NCBI GenBank assembly: GCA_964478165.1
Contig: CAYZGU010000039.1
Coordinates: 7,963-71,962, forward strand
DNA length: 64,000 bases
From: an uncultured bacterium
GTDB lineage: Bacteria; Poribacteria; WGA-4E; JAJDTR01
Reading direction: 5' to 3'
The notes under the pieces were generated by a model, which searched no databases, was not told where the DNA came from, and worked only from the letters and a program-made list of their open reading frames with translations. The translations under genes were made by a program, and so were the position numbers. Every line of letters starts with the position of its first letter. Within the stretch, counting starts at the first letter, position 1. Below are positions 29,379 to 40,733 of this stretch, piece by piece.

Positions 29379-31619
29379 TAAGGTCTCCTGACTATGGGGA
29401 TTGAAGGTTGGACCAATTTTCGCGGGTTCTGCATTTCTAATGTAGCCTTGCATCGAATCTAAATCTGGGATTTCATCCACTATTCTGTGCCAGCTGCATG
29501 CGACGGGCGTGGAGATCTTTATCTTGTTGAAAGCTTCTACTATTGGGTAAACGTCCATTTACCTAATCACGTTTCAAGCCAAAATTTCATCATATTCATC
29601 AAGTCTTGAGTGTTCAAATATATAGTGCAATAGCGCCTGCTTGTAGCTCATGTCGAATTCGCGAATACGGTATATGGACCAAGAACAGATTTCTGTTCGC
29701 CAATACTTGGTGGTGTATCAGAGAAAGCAAGCTTTTGAAAGGCTCGTATCTGCTTCTTGACCATCTGTCTGAATGCTCATTATGAGATGCTGAGACAGTG
29801 CGCGTCCTAGACGATAACAGCGGTAAACGACAACACGGGTAGGAGAAAATCCAGACGTCAGAAGCGACGCCTGCATCGGATTTACAATCATTCCGAGCAC
29901 CCCATATTTGAAAATTGTCTTTCGATGGCAGGGTCTGTGAATCCGTCTGCACGAGTCGTTGTCATGGGCAGTTATGTTGGCACTCAGGTTCGAAATCGAA
30001 TTGGTGGTGCGTGCGTTCGATAACGGTACTCGTCGCAATAATCCGGATTTCGAGGTCGTACTTGGGAAAGATAGCGAGACAAATACTACCTCCACATTTC
30101 TGTCAAAAGGTTGCGTATCTCGTTTAATCCGTTCGAATGGCGGAAGAGCTAATTTGGAATTATTAGGAAAGAGCGGGATTCCTATGCAATCAGATGGAAT
30201 TGGCGTTGCAGCTTGATTTTCCGGAAATCTAGTCCCATGTTTTGGCAATTAATATGTCGGGCTATTGGAAACAAGCTGGACCGCTCTTCCATCTGGGCAG
30301 AAATCGAGAAGATGGAGATCCGCATTAGTACGATCTGCCTTTTGTACTGGAGGAAAGCGTCCTGATTTATAAGCTAACATGTTGGGTAAATTTGACAAGG
30401 TTGTACTGCTTGTTCCGTTTCGAGGGTGCTCAGCTACATGATTCCTGATGATGTTTGTGTTTGCAGAGAAGTTCAGGAGAATGTGGATCGCTTAAAAACC
30501 TGGTCCATGTTATCACACTTTGATTGATGGGCGCATCTTTCTCATTGTTGACTTGATTATAGCGGTGTATTGCATGGAACACAAGAGACTTTAACAAACA
30601 CCTGATAACAACAGATTTGGAAGTCTGGGTCTCGATCCTTATTCTGGTATCATATTCGAATAAGCTTCCACGAATAATCGTTGGCATACGATAGGGAGGC
30701 GCCAAATAGGATTGAATTGAAGACAGAGCGAGGCGGTATTCTGTAAAAATTAATAAGCCAATTCCATCTAGAATGGCAAGGATTAGGGACTGAGTATTAC
30801 ATGTAAGACCTCAAGGCTCGTGCGATTGTGCATGTAACTAACTGTTCAAAAGCCTCACTGTTCCCTCACTATTCAATTGGACTGTTAGGGAACTACATGC
30901 CGTTCATAAACAAGTACGTAGAAGGGAGGATACGGTTTGCTGTGACTTGAAAATCCGCATGGAAAGTGTCAGTGTTGATTACTTGTGTGCCGGTGTGGAC
31001 CTGCGATGGTGGAAATATATCAGCAAAATGGAATTTTTACCAATGCTCAAACAATGGGCAACATTTTGAATGCGAAGATGAGGAGTTGTTGTATCTTCTT
31101 CTTTTTCTTCTCGCTTTGAAGGTGTATTTACAACCAGTGTATGCTTATTGAACCCCAACATGCTATTGTCATATGTTTGCGCTGTTTTTTCGTCCAGTGG
31201 TGTTCTTTCATTGGGGCGTAGATGCGAATTCAGCAACGCCTGCCATCGAGACTGTCAAGCATAACATCAAGAAAGACATGCAGAGTGTGGGAAGATAGTG
31301 GAGTGAAATTAGTACACATAGTTTCAACAGGTACCCATTATTGAAAATGAAACGGCAGAGAAGTTACTATTCGATGAGATTAACGGTTATCGGAACTTGA
31401 CAAAATCCACTAGTAACTCCCTCTTGCTCGCACAATCAATTTGATTGACGTGCAAATTACGGATATGCTAAGATAGGAGGCGGCTCTCACGAAGGTGCCT
31501 ATGTGGCGTGTGGCCGCATGTAGGAGGCTATTCGAAATTGGTGGAATCTGAATGTTTGTGGAACTATGTTGTTTAATGTTTGGAAGAAAGTGTCAAAATA
31601 GATTAAGGGAGACGCGTGT

Positions 31620-32381
31620 ATGCCGGAAATTGGATTACCTCATATGATTGGTGGGATTATTGTCATTGTAGCATTGCTGACTTCTTTTCGTATTCTCAAG
31701 GAATATGAGCGTGCTGTTGTTTTTCGTCTTGGCCGGCTTAGTGGAACAAGAGGGCCCGGATGGGTGTGGTTGATTCCGTTCTGGGTCGAACGGATGCAAA
31801 AAGTTAGTCTTCGTGTCGTCGTACAGGATGTTACCCCTCAAGACGTTATTACAAAAGACAATGTTTCAGTTAGCGTGAATGCGGTGCTTTCCTTCCGAGT
31901 GGTTGATCCGGATAGGGCGGTAGTTGAAGTGGAAGAATTCGGATTTGCAATTGCGCAAGTCGCCCAGACGACGCTTCGTAGTGTGCTCGGGAGAGCTGAA
32001 CTTGATGATCTATTGTCCGAGAGGGAAAAATTGAATCGGGACCTTGAGACTATTATTGGACAACACTGCGAACCATGGGGAGTGACAGTGCTCGCGATGG
32101 AAATTAAGCATGTTGACCTGCCGGCAGAAATGCAGCGGGCAATGGCCAAACAGGCAGAAGCTGAACGAGAAAGACGAGCCAAGGTGACTCACGCCGAGGG
32201 TGAATTGGAATCGGCGAGTGCCTTGACAGATGCGGCGATGACTCTCAGTGCGACTCCAGCGGCTATACAACTGCGATTCCTTCAGGCACTGGTTGAAGTG
32301 TCTGCTGAGAAGAACTCAACGCTCGTTTTTCCGATTCCCATCGATCTACTAACCCCATTTCTAAAAAAAGGAAATGACTAG
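31620..32381 (+). CDS. SPFH/band-7 (stomatin-like) membrane protein
   Basis: N-terminal TM helix, the [15 protein letters not shown] signature, and a C-terminal coiled coil rich in AEAERE. Confidence 0.8.
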   Translation: MPEIGLPHMIGGIIVIVALLTSFRILKEYERAVVFRLGRLSGTRGPGWVWLIPFWVERMQKVSLRVVVQDVTPQDVITKDNVSVSVNAVLSFRVVDPDRAVVEVEEFGFAIAQVAQTTLRSVLGRAELDDLLSEREKLNRDLETIIGQHCEPWGVTVLAMEIKHVDLPAEMQRAMAKQAEAERERRAKVTHAEGELESASALTDAAMTLSATPAAIQLRFLQALVEVSAEKNSTLVFPIPIDLLTPFLKKGND

Positions 32382-32412
32382 AATTTGAGACTTCTTTAGA
32401 GGTACATGAGCA

Positions 32413-32778
32413 ATGGTGGCCTGCGATAAAATTATCCTAAAAGGTATTCGATTTCACGGTTTCCACGGTGTTGCGGAAGCCGAGCGTCAGCTTGGTCAGA
32501 AGTTTGAGGCTGATGTAGAGTTGGTTTGTGATCTTGCGGCTGCAGGTGGAACGGACGACTTAACACGGACGATTGACTACGCTCAGGTCGTTGACATAAT
32601 TGTAAAAACTGGTACGGAAGAGTCTTTTCGACTAATCGAAACGTTGGCTGAAACCTCGGCATCGAGAATTCTCAATAGGTTCCCCGTACGTGAAGTACAA
32701 ATTGCTGTTAAGAAATTAGCACCTCCGATTTCAGAAGTTCTCCGTTACGTTGCGGTTGAGATTCGCCGCGGCAGATAG
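32413..32778 (+). CDS. folB: Dihydroneopterin aldolase
   Basis: 121 aa. DKIILKGIRFHGFHGV...E.ERQLGQ.F is the typical FolB tunnel-fold signature. Confidence 0.75.
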   Translation: MVACDKIILKGIRFHGFHGVAEAERQLGQKFEADVELVCDLAAAGGTDDLTRTIDYAQVVDIIVKTGTEESFRLIETLAETSASRILNRFPVREVQIAVKKLAPPISEVLRYVAVEIRRGR

Positions 32779-33350
32779 TGATTCGACAGGAGAATCACAC
32801 CTGAAACTTACACCACTCAAGGACAATCAACTGAATAGCCTGTGTTGCTGAGTGGTTAACTAAACTCTCTCCGAGGTGAGTTGACCATTGTAATGCTAAC
32901 GTCCGCGCTAAGATAATACCAGAGTTGTAGTAGCGCCATTCGCGCGTCGCCTCAATGTGCCAATCCCTGTGTTGTTTTTGCCAGTTAGGTGCGCTTTCTC
33001 TCAGTCGCGGTTATGAGTAAAATGGGTGACTCCGCGTAAGTTCCTAAACTCGAATGCTTTTCTGAGTCGGAGTCGTCTGTCGGCCTGAATGACAAATTGT
33101 TGACGGCCACTAGCTTCCGAAACAGCTATTCAGACTGCTTGTGCAACACTGCTGTACGGACAGAGGCCGGAATTTGGTTGACACTAGGTACAGGACTGGG
33201 TTTGGCGCGTGCGGAGAGGTAATTAAAATCATTGGCTGGGTGTCAGCCATGGTATGGCACTCTTCTGACTGCAGCCTTCGGAACTATTAATTTTGATTTC
33301 TGGAACTGAGGTTGTCAATCTGTATGCAGCATTCGTTCAACGGCTTAACG

Positions 33351-33379
33351 TTAAAAATCTAGGGGTCAAGTGTCCCCCT
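33351..33379 (-). terminator. Candidate intrinsic terminator downstream of waaA
   Basis: On the minus strand: AGGGG-ACACTTGA-CCCCT hairpin followed by AGATTTTTAA, about 70 nt after the waaA stop. Confidence 0.35.
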
Positions 33380-33451
33380 GATTGCGCCCTGTGTGAAGTC
33401 ATAAATGCTAGATTCGCCACGATTGATGTAGAGAAAATACAGGCGAAAAAA

Positions 33452-34765
33452 TCAGAAGGCTCGATGCTGCGAATGACTTCTTAAGTAGGGTTTTAGGTGC
33501 TCCAGTGTCCGTTCCGAAGCGCCTAGATTTTGTCCAATTACGCTCTTACCAATCTGGCCTCTCCGCTCACGCTCTCTGGAGTCGGTGAGCCATTCTGTGA
33601 GCACATCAGCCATTTCGTTCGCGTTCTTGACTGTTCTTGCGGCGCCTGCCTCTTGCAGCATGTCTGCTTCGTAAGCATTGTCAATCGTAGGGCCGAATAG
33701 AATGGGTTTCCCTAACGCTGCAGGTTCCATGACATTGTGAATGCTTCCATGGAAACCTCCACCGACAAAGGCAACATCCCCCAACCAATATAGTTCGGCT
33801 AGGAGGCCGACAGCATCAATTATAATTGTTTCCGTCTGGCACAAATTAACATCGGAAGTCAAGTTGGAAAATCGGCAGTGTGAGAGTCTTAGATGATTAA
33901 GCCTTCGCTCGATTTGGCGAATACGTTCCTCCGTTGGTTCGTGTGGAACTAATACGAGATGGGCCAATAGGTGCGGTGAGTGCTGTGTCAGAAGGCTATA
34001 AGCGTCCAACAGTACGCGCTCGTCTTCCAGGTAGGTACTCCCAGCAATTAGGATATGGCGATTCAACGTCGATTGGCCTGGAAAAAACTGTGTCTTTTCG
34101 TTGACAGCCATCGCCCGATGGTAAACACTATCGAAACGCGTATCGCCGGCGATCTCAATCTGGGCTTCCGGTGGACAGATTTGACGGAAACGCTCTGAAT
34201 CGAGCTCTGAAATTGTACAGTGAATGGAGATGTGCTGGTGTATATTTTTAAAAAAGGGTCGGGCTAGGAATGACAATCGCTTTGATTTGGCGCGCAGTGT
34301 TCCAGCAATTAGGACCACCGGAACTTGATGTTGTGAAGCTGACCAGACAAGATTTGGCCAAATGTCGAACTTTGAAAAGATGAGCAAGCTTGGTTTGATG
34401 ATTTTCAGGAGCGTTTCGGCGTTGTGACGGGTATCGAGCGGAAGGAATGTGCTTGCATCACAGTAGGGGAATCTTTCAACGGACGCGTGCACCGAAGGCG
34501 AAAAGTATGTCAATGCGATTCGCACCTCGTCCTTAATCGCCTCGATCAATGGCTTAGCTTGTTCAAACTCACCAACGGAAGTAAAATGGAACCAGACTGT
34601 ATGATTTCGGGGCGCTGCTGATTTGAGCTGAGTTTCCAGTTTTGCTACGGCTCCGCGCCTTCCGGCAATGCCCAGACGAACTTTGCTGCTGAATTTCGCA
34701 GCGGTGTGAAATCCAACGTAAAGCGCTGGGATGGCGATTGCATTGTAGAGTAATCTCCACATCAT
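33452..34765 (-). CDS. waaA: 3-deoxy-D-manno-octulosonic acid (Kdo) transferase
   Basis: 437 aa. N-terminal membrane anchor, WFHxxSVGE, and the C-terminal EPAALGKPILFGP glycosyltransferase motif. Confidence 0.8.
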   Translation of the reverse strand: MMWRLLYNAIAIPALYVGFHTAAKFSSKVRLGIAGRRGAVAKLETQLKSAAPRNHTVWFHFTSVGEFEQAKPLIEAIKDEVRIALTYFSPSVHASVERFPYCDASTFLPLDTRHNAETLLKIIKPSLLIFSKFDIWPNLVWSASQHQVPVVLIAGTLRAKSKRLSFLARPFFKNIHQHISIHCTISELDSERFRQICPPEAQIEIAGDTRFDSVYHRAMAVNEKTQFFPGQSTLNRHILIAGSTYLEDERVLLDAYSLLTQHSPHLLAHLVLVPHEPTEERIRQIERRLNHLRLSHCRFSNLTSDVNLCQTETIIIDAVGLLAELYWLGDVAFVGGGFHGSIHNVMEPAALGKPILFGPTIDNAYEADMLQEAGAARTVKNANEMADVLTEWLTDSRERERRGQIGKSVIGQNLGASERTLEHLKPYLRSHSQHRAF

Positions 34766-35207
34766 ATTGACGGGACACTTAGGTCGTAGTGTGTGCTGTT
34801 TTGAGTTTTAGAGGCTCCGCCCGGGTTAAGATCTGCTGAGGTAACGTATTCAAGCGGTCTTGGGCTCAGAATAACACTCCGTGCCGTCAAAATCGCACGC
34901 TTTAGTTGCCTCTCTAGATACAACCTGAATCCTTTTCTATTCAATGCCCATAAGCGCTGATTTTAACTGGCGGATTTGAGTCGCCTCTTCTTCGTGTCTA
35001 AATTGCCGGTGTTGTATACGCGCGGCGGTGCTTGGAATCGGAAAAGCTATGACTTCTTCCATCTTGCGCTGTCGTGGACTGCTGAGGCTGTTGCGTTACC
35101 TGTCAGACGGACGGCTTGGCGGTTAAGGTGCGGTGTTTCCGAGAATGAATTAGGAGCACGCCTTGATCTCCTAACTAGGTTCCTGGGCCTCGCTACTTAT
35201 CGCAAAC

Positions 35208-35534
35208 TTACAACGCGTCGAGGATTTTTTGCTGCAAAGCATCCTTCGGTAGGACACCTACGATCTGCTCTGCTACTTCACCGTCTTTGAAGAGAAGCAG
35301 CGTGGGAATGCTGCGAATTCCGTATTTCATCGCTGTTTCGCGGTTGCTATCCACGTCTAGTTTTCCCACGGTGAACGTTCCAATGTTCTCATTCGCGAGC
35401 TCTTCTAGGATGGGAGCAATCATCTTACAGGGGCCGCACCATTCTGCCCAAAAATCGACGAGTGTTGGCGTTCCAGAGGCTATGACGCTTTCTTCAAAGG
35501 TTGCATCGGTGACTTCAAAAACGTTTTCAGCCAT
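35208..35534 (-). CDS. trxA: Thioredoxin
   Basis: 108 aa with the WCGPCK active site and global similarity to TrxA. Confidence 0.9.
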   Translation of the reverse strand: MAENVFEVTDATFEESVIASGTPTLVDFWAEWCGPCKMIAPILEELANENIGTFTVGKLDVDSNRETAMKYGIRSIPTLLLFKDGEVAEQIVGVLPKDALQQKILDAL

Positions 35535-36249
35535 GAATTTTCTCCCTAATAAAGTTGATGATAGTTTCTTCTGATGTTTTCATAACCATGATACTCTAGC
35601 GACCTGTTATCGAAAAAGGGAAGAACACATGTGTCTATAATTGGTATTGCTAAAAACTGGCTAATATGATACCCTACAAAAAGAATGGAGTCAACTGCAT
35701 TACCACGTGGTTTTTCGGTTGGCGAAGCATGTAGAGCTCGTTTTGAATGCCGAGGGTTGGACCTTCCACCCGAGTGTGGTCGGTCCGTTCTTCACGTCGT
35801 GCGCGTTTCGGTGGGGAACAGTCGACGTTGAACCCATAGCACTTTCTCGTCTGCGAATAAAGGAATTTCCCCAAAACTAAGATAGACTGTGACGTTGGAA
35901 CAAATATGGGCCTTGTTTCGGAATTGGTGCCGAGGAGGCAAGGAGCTGCTAGATGGCGACGCATTTTGGGCGTAGTGAGTTGATGAGTGATATGAGTTAA
36001 GATTTGAGATGTTCCCAATAGATTAGAAAAGAGAAATCTAGTTGAAAGTAGTCTCATCGGTACCAATTCTGTTCTCGAGGGAGTGTCAAGAACGTTGCCG
36101 GTGCAGTGCATATAAGCATGTTCCGCACCATTCCAGCCTGAACCCGATGCACCACACCCTATTTTAAACCTTCAATTTTTACTGCCGTCAAAAGTCAATG
36201 CCACACGGATTCCGGAGCGGGCAGCGGCCGTATACTCGAGGAGAACGCA

Positions 36250-37581
36250 ATGGTTCGACGGAGAGCTTGGTTTACGCTTGTCATTTTACTGCTTTGTCCA
36301 GTTGGTTACGCGATTGAAAAACACGATGAAGTTGATATTGACCCCTCACAACCCTTGTCCCTTGAACAGTGCATTGAACTTGCCCTCGAAAACTCATCCG
36401 ATATGCAACACGGACGGCTTAATCTTGCACTCCAAGATCTGCGTGTTACAGATGCACGTGCGCAATATCTTCCCGAAATATCCTTCAATGGTCAGTATAG
36501 CTTCTCAGATGACATAGCCTTTGGGTTGAATCGACGGAATTACAATCTTGGCGTCACGGGCAGCTATACGCTCTGGGATCATGGACAAAGAGCGGCGAAT
36601 TATCTTCGGACAAAGGAGAGACGAAAGGAAACAGGAAGTCAGAACGAACGGATCAGACAGCACCTGATTTTCCAGATAACTCAGGCGTATTATGCTGTGT
36701 TGAAGGGCCAGGAGCTCGTCAAAGTTAGTCGTGAGATTTTGGAGAGGTCCAGGGAGAATACAGCTGCAACACGGGTCCATGTGGAAGTTGGAAATCTGAT
36801 TCCGGCTGATATTGCTACTTCTCAGGTGAGGGAAGCCAATGATGAACTAAATCTTCTGAGTAACGAGAACGATCTGAAAATGTCCAAGACAATATTGCCA
36901 CGACTTATGGGTCTCAAACCAGGAATGTCGATTTCTCTCGTTCGGGATACTAATTATGAGAAGTACCGCGAAGAGAGTGGGATTCAAATTTCGGGAAGAT
37001 CAGTCGATGAGGCAATCCAGGTTGCGTTTGAAAACCGGCCTGAGTTCAAGGAAATTAATGCCGTTCTTAGTCAGATTGACTCTGATTTGGCGGTTGCAAA
37101 ATTGAATCGTTGGCCACAGTTGGACGCTGATTTCAGCTATAAGGTCAATCTCCACGATTACCTCCACGAGGGAGAGCACTTTAACGAATATCGCAGTTGG
37201 GATTTTACAACGCGGTTGAATTTTCCGATTTTTGATGGTGGGTTTGCCAGGCGTCGGGTGCGCGAGGGAGAATTACTGCTTGAGAAAACACGTGAGGATG
37301 CCATGGAGCTTGAGCGGTCAATTGCTCTCGAAGTTTGGCAAGCCTACTTAAGTTTGAAGCGAGCGGAACGGGCTATAGAAATTTCTGGGACTCAGGCTAG
37401 AAACGCGGCTGCAAGCCTCGAGGTGATTAGGGGACGCTTTGAGCAAGAACTAGCGTTTCTATTGGAACTCCTCGATGCCCAAACCCGGTATGCACAAGCT
37501 ATGACCAACCAAGTTCGGTCGTTCTATGATTATAGAATTGCGTGCAGTGCATTGCAGCGGACAATGGGAACGCTAAAATGA
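36250..37581 (+). CDS. TolC-family outer-membrane efflux protein
   Basis: 443 aa. Signal peptide, two repeated coiled-coil/beta halves, and typical OEP motifs. Confidence 0.8.
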   Translation: MVRRRAWFTLVILLLCPVGYAIEKHDEVDIDPSQPLSLEQCIELALENSSDMQHGRLNLALQDLRVTDARAQYLPEISFNGQYSFSDDIAFGLNRRNYNLGVTGSYTLWDHGQRAANYLRTKERRKETGSQNERIRQHLIFQITQAYYAVLKGQELVKVSREILERSRENTAATRVHVEVGNLIPADIATSQVREANDELNLLSNENDLKMSKTILPRLMGLKPGMSISLVRDTNYEKYREESGIQISGRSVDEAIQVAFENRPEFKEINAVLSQIDSDLAVAKLNRWPQLDADFSYKVNLHDYLHEGEHFNEYRSWDFTTRLNFPIFDGGFARRRVREGELLLEKTREDAMELERSIALEVWQAYLSLKRAERAIEISGTQARNAAASLEVIRGRFEQELAFLLELLDAQTRYAQAMTNQVRSFYDYRIACSALQRTMGTLK

Positions 37582-39551
37582 AGAAAAAGAAAAGAGTTCT
37601 GGTTATTGTAGTAGGGACCGTACTTGTGGTGGCTGCTGTTGTACTTGCGCCTACAATGATAAATGGGAACAAACAGAACAGTAAAGAGGGTAAGATGGAG
37701 GTCGTCCGCCGCGGTGAATTTGTGGTCAAGGTTCGTGAATCAGGTAATCTCCAAGCCTTTCTTTCCGTTGAGGTGCGTTCAAATGTCGAAGGCGAGATTG
37801 AGCATGTCTTTGTGCAAGAAGGTGACGAGGTTCATAAGGGACAGAAGTTGCTCAAGATCGACGATCGACAGATCCTAGAACAACGAAAGCAAGCTCAGGC
37901 AAATCGAGACGCGCGGAAAGCCCAGCTGAGGCAGGCGGAGCTCCGAATTGAATTGACAAAGAAGCAACAGGCGAGCGGGATTGTCCAGGCTAGGAACGCT
38001 GTTAAAGTTGCTCAATCAAGCTTAACCGCTTTGAAGGCAACGACGCGTCAACGGATTACGGAAGCAGAAACGCGAATTTCCACGACGCGACACGCGCTTG
38101 AGCAAGATGGAATTGCACGACGCCAGTCTGAAATTGCTCTCGCGCAAGCACAACTTGGCCATCAGCGTGCCCAGGCTAGAAGTGAATCGGCGAAGATTAG
38201 TCTTGAATCTGCCCAATCAGCATTCAGGCGCAATCAAGAACTTTTCGAGAAAGATTTAATCTCGAGGCGAACGTTTGAGGAAGCTGAAACGCTCCATGCT
38301 AATGCCCTATCTCAATATGAAACGGCAAAAAAGGATGTGGAGACGCAGGTTCAGGCCGTGGAATCTCAAAAACAAAGCATTGAGGTGAGAGCGCGCGCAA
38401 TTGAAAGTCGTGCTGCAACTCTCAGACTCTATGAGCAAAATCTAACCACAATACGGGAGTCTGAAGCAGCACAGAATACGCAGCTCGTCGCGGAATTGGA
38501 GAATGTCGAGACACGACTGAAGCAGATTCTGGAGACAACTGACCATGAGAAAGAATTGACCCTTCACTCGGAAGTGGGCGCCCGAGCCGGGCTGCTTGAG
38601 GCCGAAAGTGCGCTTGTTGCGCAACAGGAACGGGTTGAATGGACCACTGTTGTTGCGCCGATTTCCGGTACTATCACTCGACTCGGTGTGGAGGAGGGCG
38701 AGATTGTTACGTCTGGTCGGTCGTCGTTTTCACGTGGCGAGGCCCTGATGACAATTGCGGATTTGAGTAAGATGATTGTGAAAACACGGATTAATGAGGT
38801 AAGGATCTCCAAGATTGAGGTGGGACAGGAGGCCGAAATTCGGGTTGAATCGTACGCTGATCTGATTTTCAAGGGACGTGTGAGTGAGATTTCGCCAAGC
38901 GCGGTTATCCCTCAACAGGGCATAGAACGCGCAGTCATTACCTTTGAAGTGGACGTCGAAATCCGCGGTCCGTCATCTGAACTATTGCCGGGTATGTCTG
39001 CCGATGTTGATATCGTAGTGTTCAATAAGGATGACGCGCTTCAGCTGCCCATTGAGGCTGTAATTCATCCAGAGGTTCTGACGGTTAAAGCGAGTGTACA
39101 CTCGAATGAATTGAGGCGTCTCCGCCCAGAACAAGAGGTTAATATAAGGAATCTTGTCGGGAAGGAGTTTGTCGGAAAGGTTGGTAAGATACGTGGGGAT
39201 AGGGAGCGTGGAAATGTCGAAATCCTGCTTGATGGTAGGCCGCACGGTTTGAGAATCGGACCGACTGAGGTGAGCATCATTTTGGCCTCGGAAAACTCTA
39301 TTCTAGGAGTGCAAGCACAGATTGAGAGTGTCAAGACGTATTTTGTACACTTGGAAAAAGGAATGGGTGCGGATGCCAAGGGTGGAAATGATGGACAAAA
39401 AGACAAAGCCCACCGCGACAAAGGTAAACGGGTTCGAATTGAAGTTGGCCAGCGCAACAACAGTCACTTTGAAATACTAAGTGGTGCAGTCGTAGGTGAC
39501 CGTGTGTTTCTGCCTTCAATTCAGCAACTCATACAAGAAGTTGGAAACTAG
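37578..39551 (+). CDS. HlyD/MacA-family periplasmic adaptor with an unusually long coiled-coil hairpin
   Basis: The ATG at 37578 overlaps the tolC stop (ATGA). N-terminal TM, beta-barrel and lipoyl segments (KVRESGNLQA...), then about 350 aa of coiled coil, then the membrane-proximal domain. Confidence 0.8.
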   Translation: MKKKKRVLVIVVGTVLVVAAVVLAPTMINGNKQNSKEGKMEVVRRGEFVVKVRESGNLQAFLSVEVRSNVEGEIEHVFVQEGDEVHKGQKLLKIDDRQILEQRKQAQANRDARKAQLRQAELRIELTKKQQASGIVQARNAVKVAQSSLTALKATTRQRITEAETRISTTRHALEQDGIARRQSEIALAQAQLGHQRAQARSESAKISLESAQSAFRRNQELFEKDLISRRTFEEAETLHANALSQYETAKKDVETQVQAVESQKQSIEVRARAIESRAATLRLYEQNLTTIRESEAAQNTQLVAELENVETRLKQILETTDHEKELTLHSEVGARAGLLEAESALVAQQERVEWTTVVAPISGTITRLGVEEGEIVTSGRSSFSRGEALMTIADLSKMIVKTRINEVRISKIEVGQEAEIRVESYADLIFKGRVSEISPSAVIPQQGIERAVITFEVDVEIRGPSSELLPGMSADVDIVVFNKDDALQLPIEAVIHPEVLTVKASVHSNELRRLRPEQEVNIRNLVGKEFVGKVGKIRGDRERGNVEILLDGRPHGLRIGPTEVSIILASENSILGVQAQIESVKTYFVHLEKGMGADAKGGNDGQKDKAHRDKGKRVRIEVGQRNNSHFEILSGAVVGDRVFLPSIQQLIQEVGN

Positions 39552-39729
39552 AATCCGTTGTTCTACTGATATACACATTGAATACTCACGAATGACTTCG
39601 AATAGGCCTATATTCTGCGAATCCTACTAGCGGCATTTGAAGGCTTTCAGTTGAAAATTAGGATGTTCCGTTCTGATTGTCGTGCATTCACAGATGGAAA
39701 GTACGCATGAAACAATGTAGAGTACACGT

Positions 39730-40461
39730 TTGTCGAACGATAATGTACTATATCCATGTTTGTTTACGAGGTGGAAATTGTTAATAGACGTTCGCAATCT
39801 CAAGAAATTCTATCAGATGGGCGATGTTCAAGTACGTGCATTGAGAGGTCTGACGTTCACGGCGGAATCGGGAGAATTCATTGCGATTATGGGACCGTCG
39901 GGATCTGGAAAATCAACGATCATGGACATCCTGGGGTGCCTCGCACAGCCAACCGAAGGTGAATACTATCTTGAGGGAGAAGAAGTCGGCCGATTGTCGG
40001 ACAACCGCCTGGCTGAGATTCGGAACCGCAAAATTGGTTTTGTTTTTCAAACATTTAACCTGCTGCCTAGGACAAGTGCGCAGCACAACGTCGAATTGCC
40101 ACTCATCTACGCTGGTGTCGGACGAAAGGAACGTAGGCTCCGTGCCTTAGAGTCTCTCGAAGCCGTTGGATTGGGCGACCGGGTAGATCATAAATCCACA
40201 GAGTTGTCCGGTGGTCAAATTCAGCGTGTGGCCATTGCGCGGGCTTTAGTCACCCAACCGTCGATCGTTTTTGCCGATGAACCCACCGGGAATCTGGACA
40301 CTACGTCGGGAGCCGAGGTCATGGCAATCTTCGACCGACTGAATCAAGAAGGTAACACGATTATAATGGTTACGCACGAATCGGAAATCGCCCAGCATGC
40401 AGGCCGTGTTCTTCATATTCGGGATGGCTTAATCGAGAAAGACGAGCGACGTGGAAAGTAG
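39730..40461 (+). CDS. MacB/LolD-type ABC transporter ATP-binding protein
   Basis: Canonical Walker A GPSGSGKST, Q-loop FVFQ, LSGGQIQRVAIAR, Walker B FADEPTGNLD, H-loop VTHE. No FtsX-type permease gene follows. Confidence 0.85.
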   Translation: MSNDNVLYPCLFTRWKLLIDVRNLKKFYQMGDVQVRALRGLTFTAESGEFIAIMGPSGSGKSTIMDILGCLAQPTEGEYYLEGEEVGRLSDNRLAEIRNRKIGFVFQTFNLLPRTSAQHNVELPLIYAGVGRKERRLRALESLEAVGLGDRVDHKSTELSGGQIQRVAIARALVTQPSIVFADEPTGNLDTTSGAEVMAIFDRLNQEGNTIIMVTHESEIAQHAGRVLHIRDGLIEKDERRGK

Positions 40462-40733
40462 TCAGCAAAAACAAGAAGTTGAAGTTAGAATCAGTGGATT
40501 GGCCCGAGACGTCAAAGACAGATTGCATCAGGAATGATATACCTACATAGACGGGCGTGCGCTTGTGTTTACTGCTCTAAGTCATCTACGTGAGAGCCGC
40601 TAGTGTTGTCCCCCACCCTCCGGTATGGGTTTGTGACGGTTCAACTTCTAGAAAATGGATTAAGCACGACAGTGTCGAGGTTCCTAATCAAAGACCATAC
40701 GCGTTAGATTCTTGAGAGCAACATGGTTGACCT

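Noticed and set aside
29614-30248. Overlapping 112- and 176-aa minus-strand ORFs and an 85-aa plus-strand ORF
   Set aside because: Mutually overlapping and with no recognisable motif. Possibly a decayed gene, but no family could be assigned.
35674-36111. 145-aa minus-strand ORF between trxA and tolC
   Set aside because: Arg/Thr-rich low-complexity translation, no RBS, no homology signal. Likely a spurious ORF in a promoter region.
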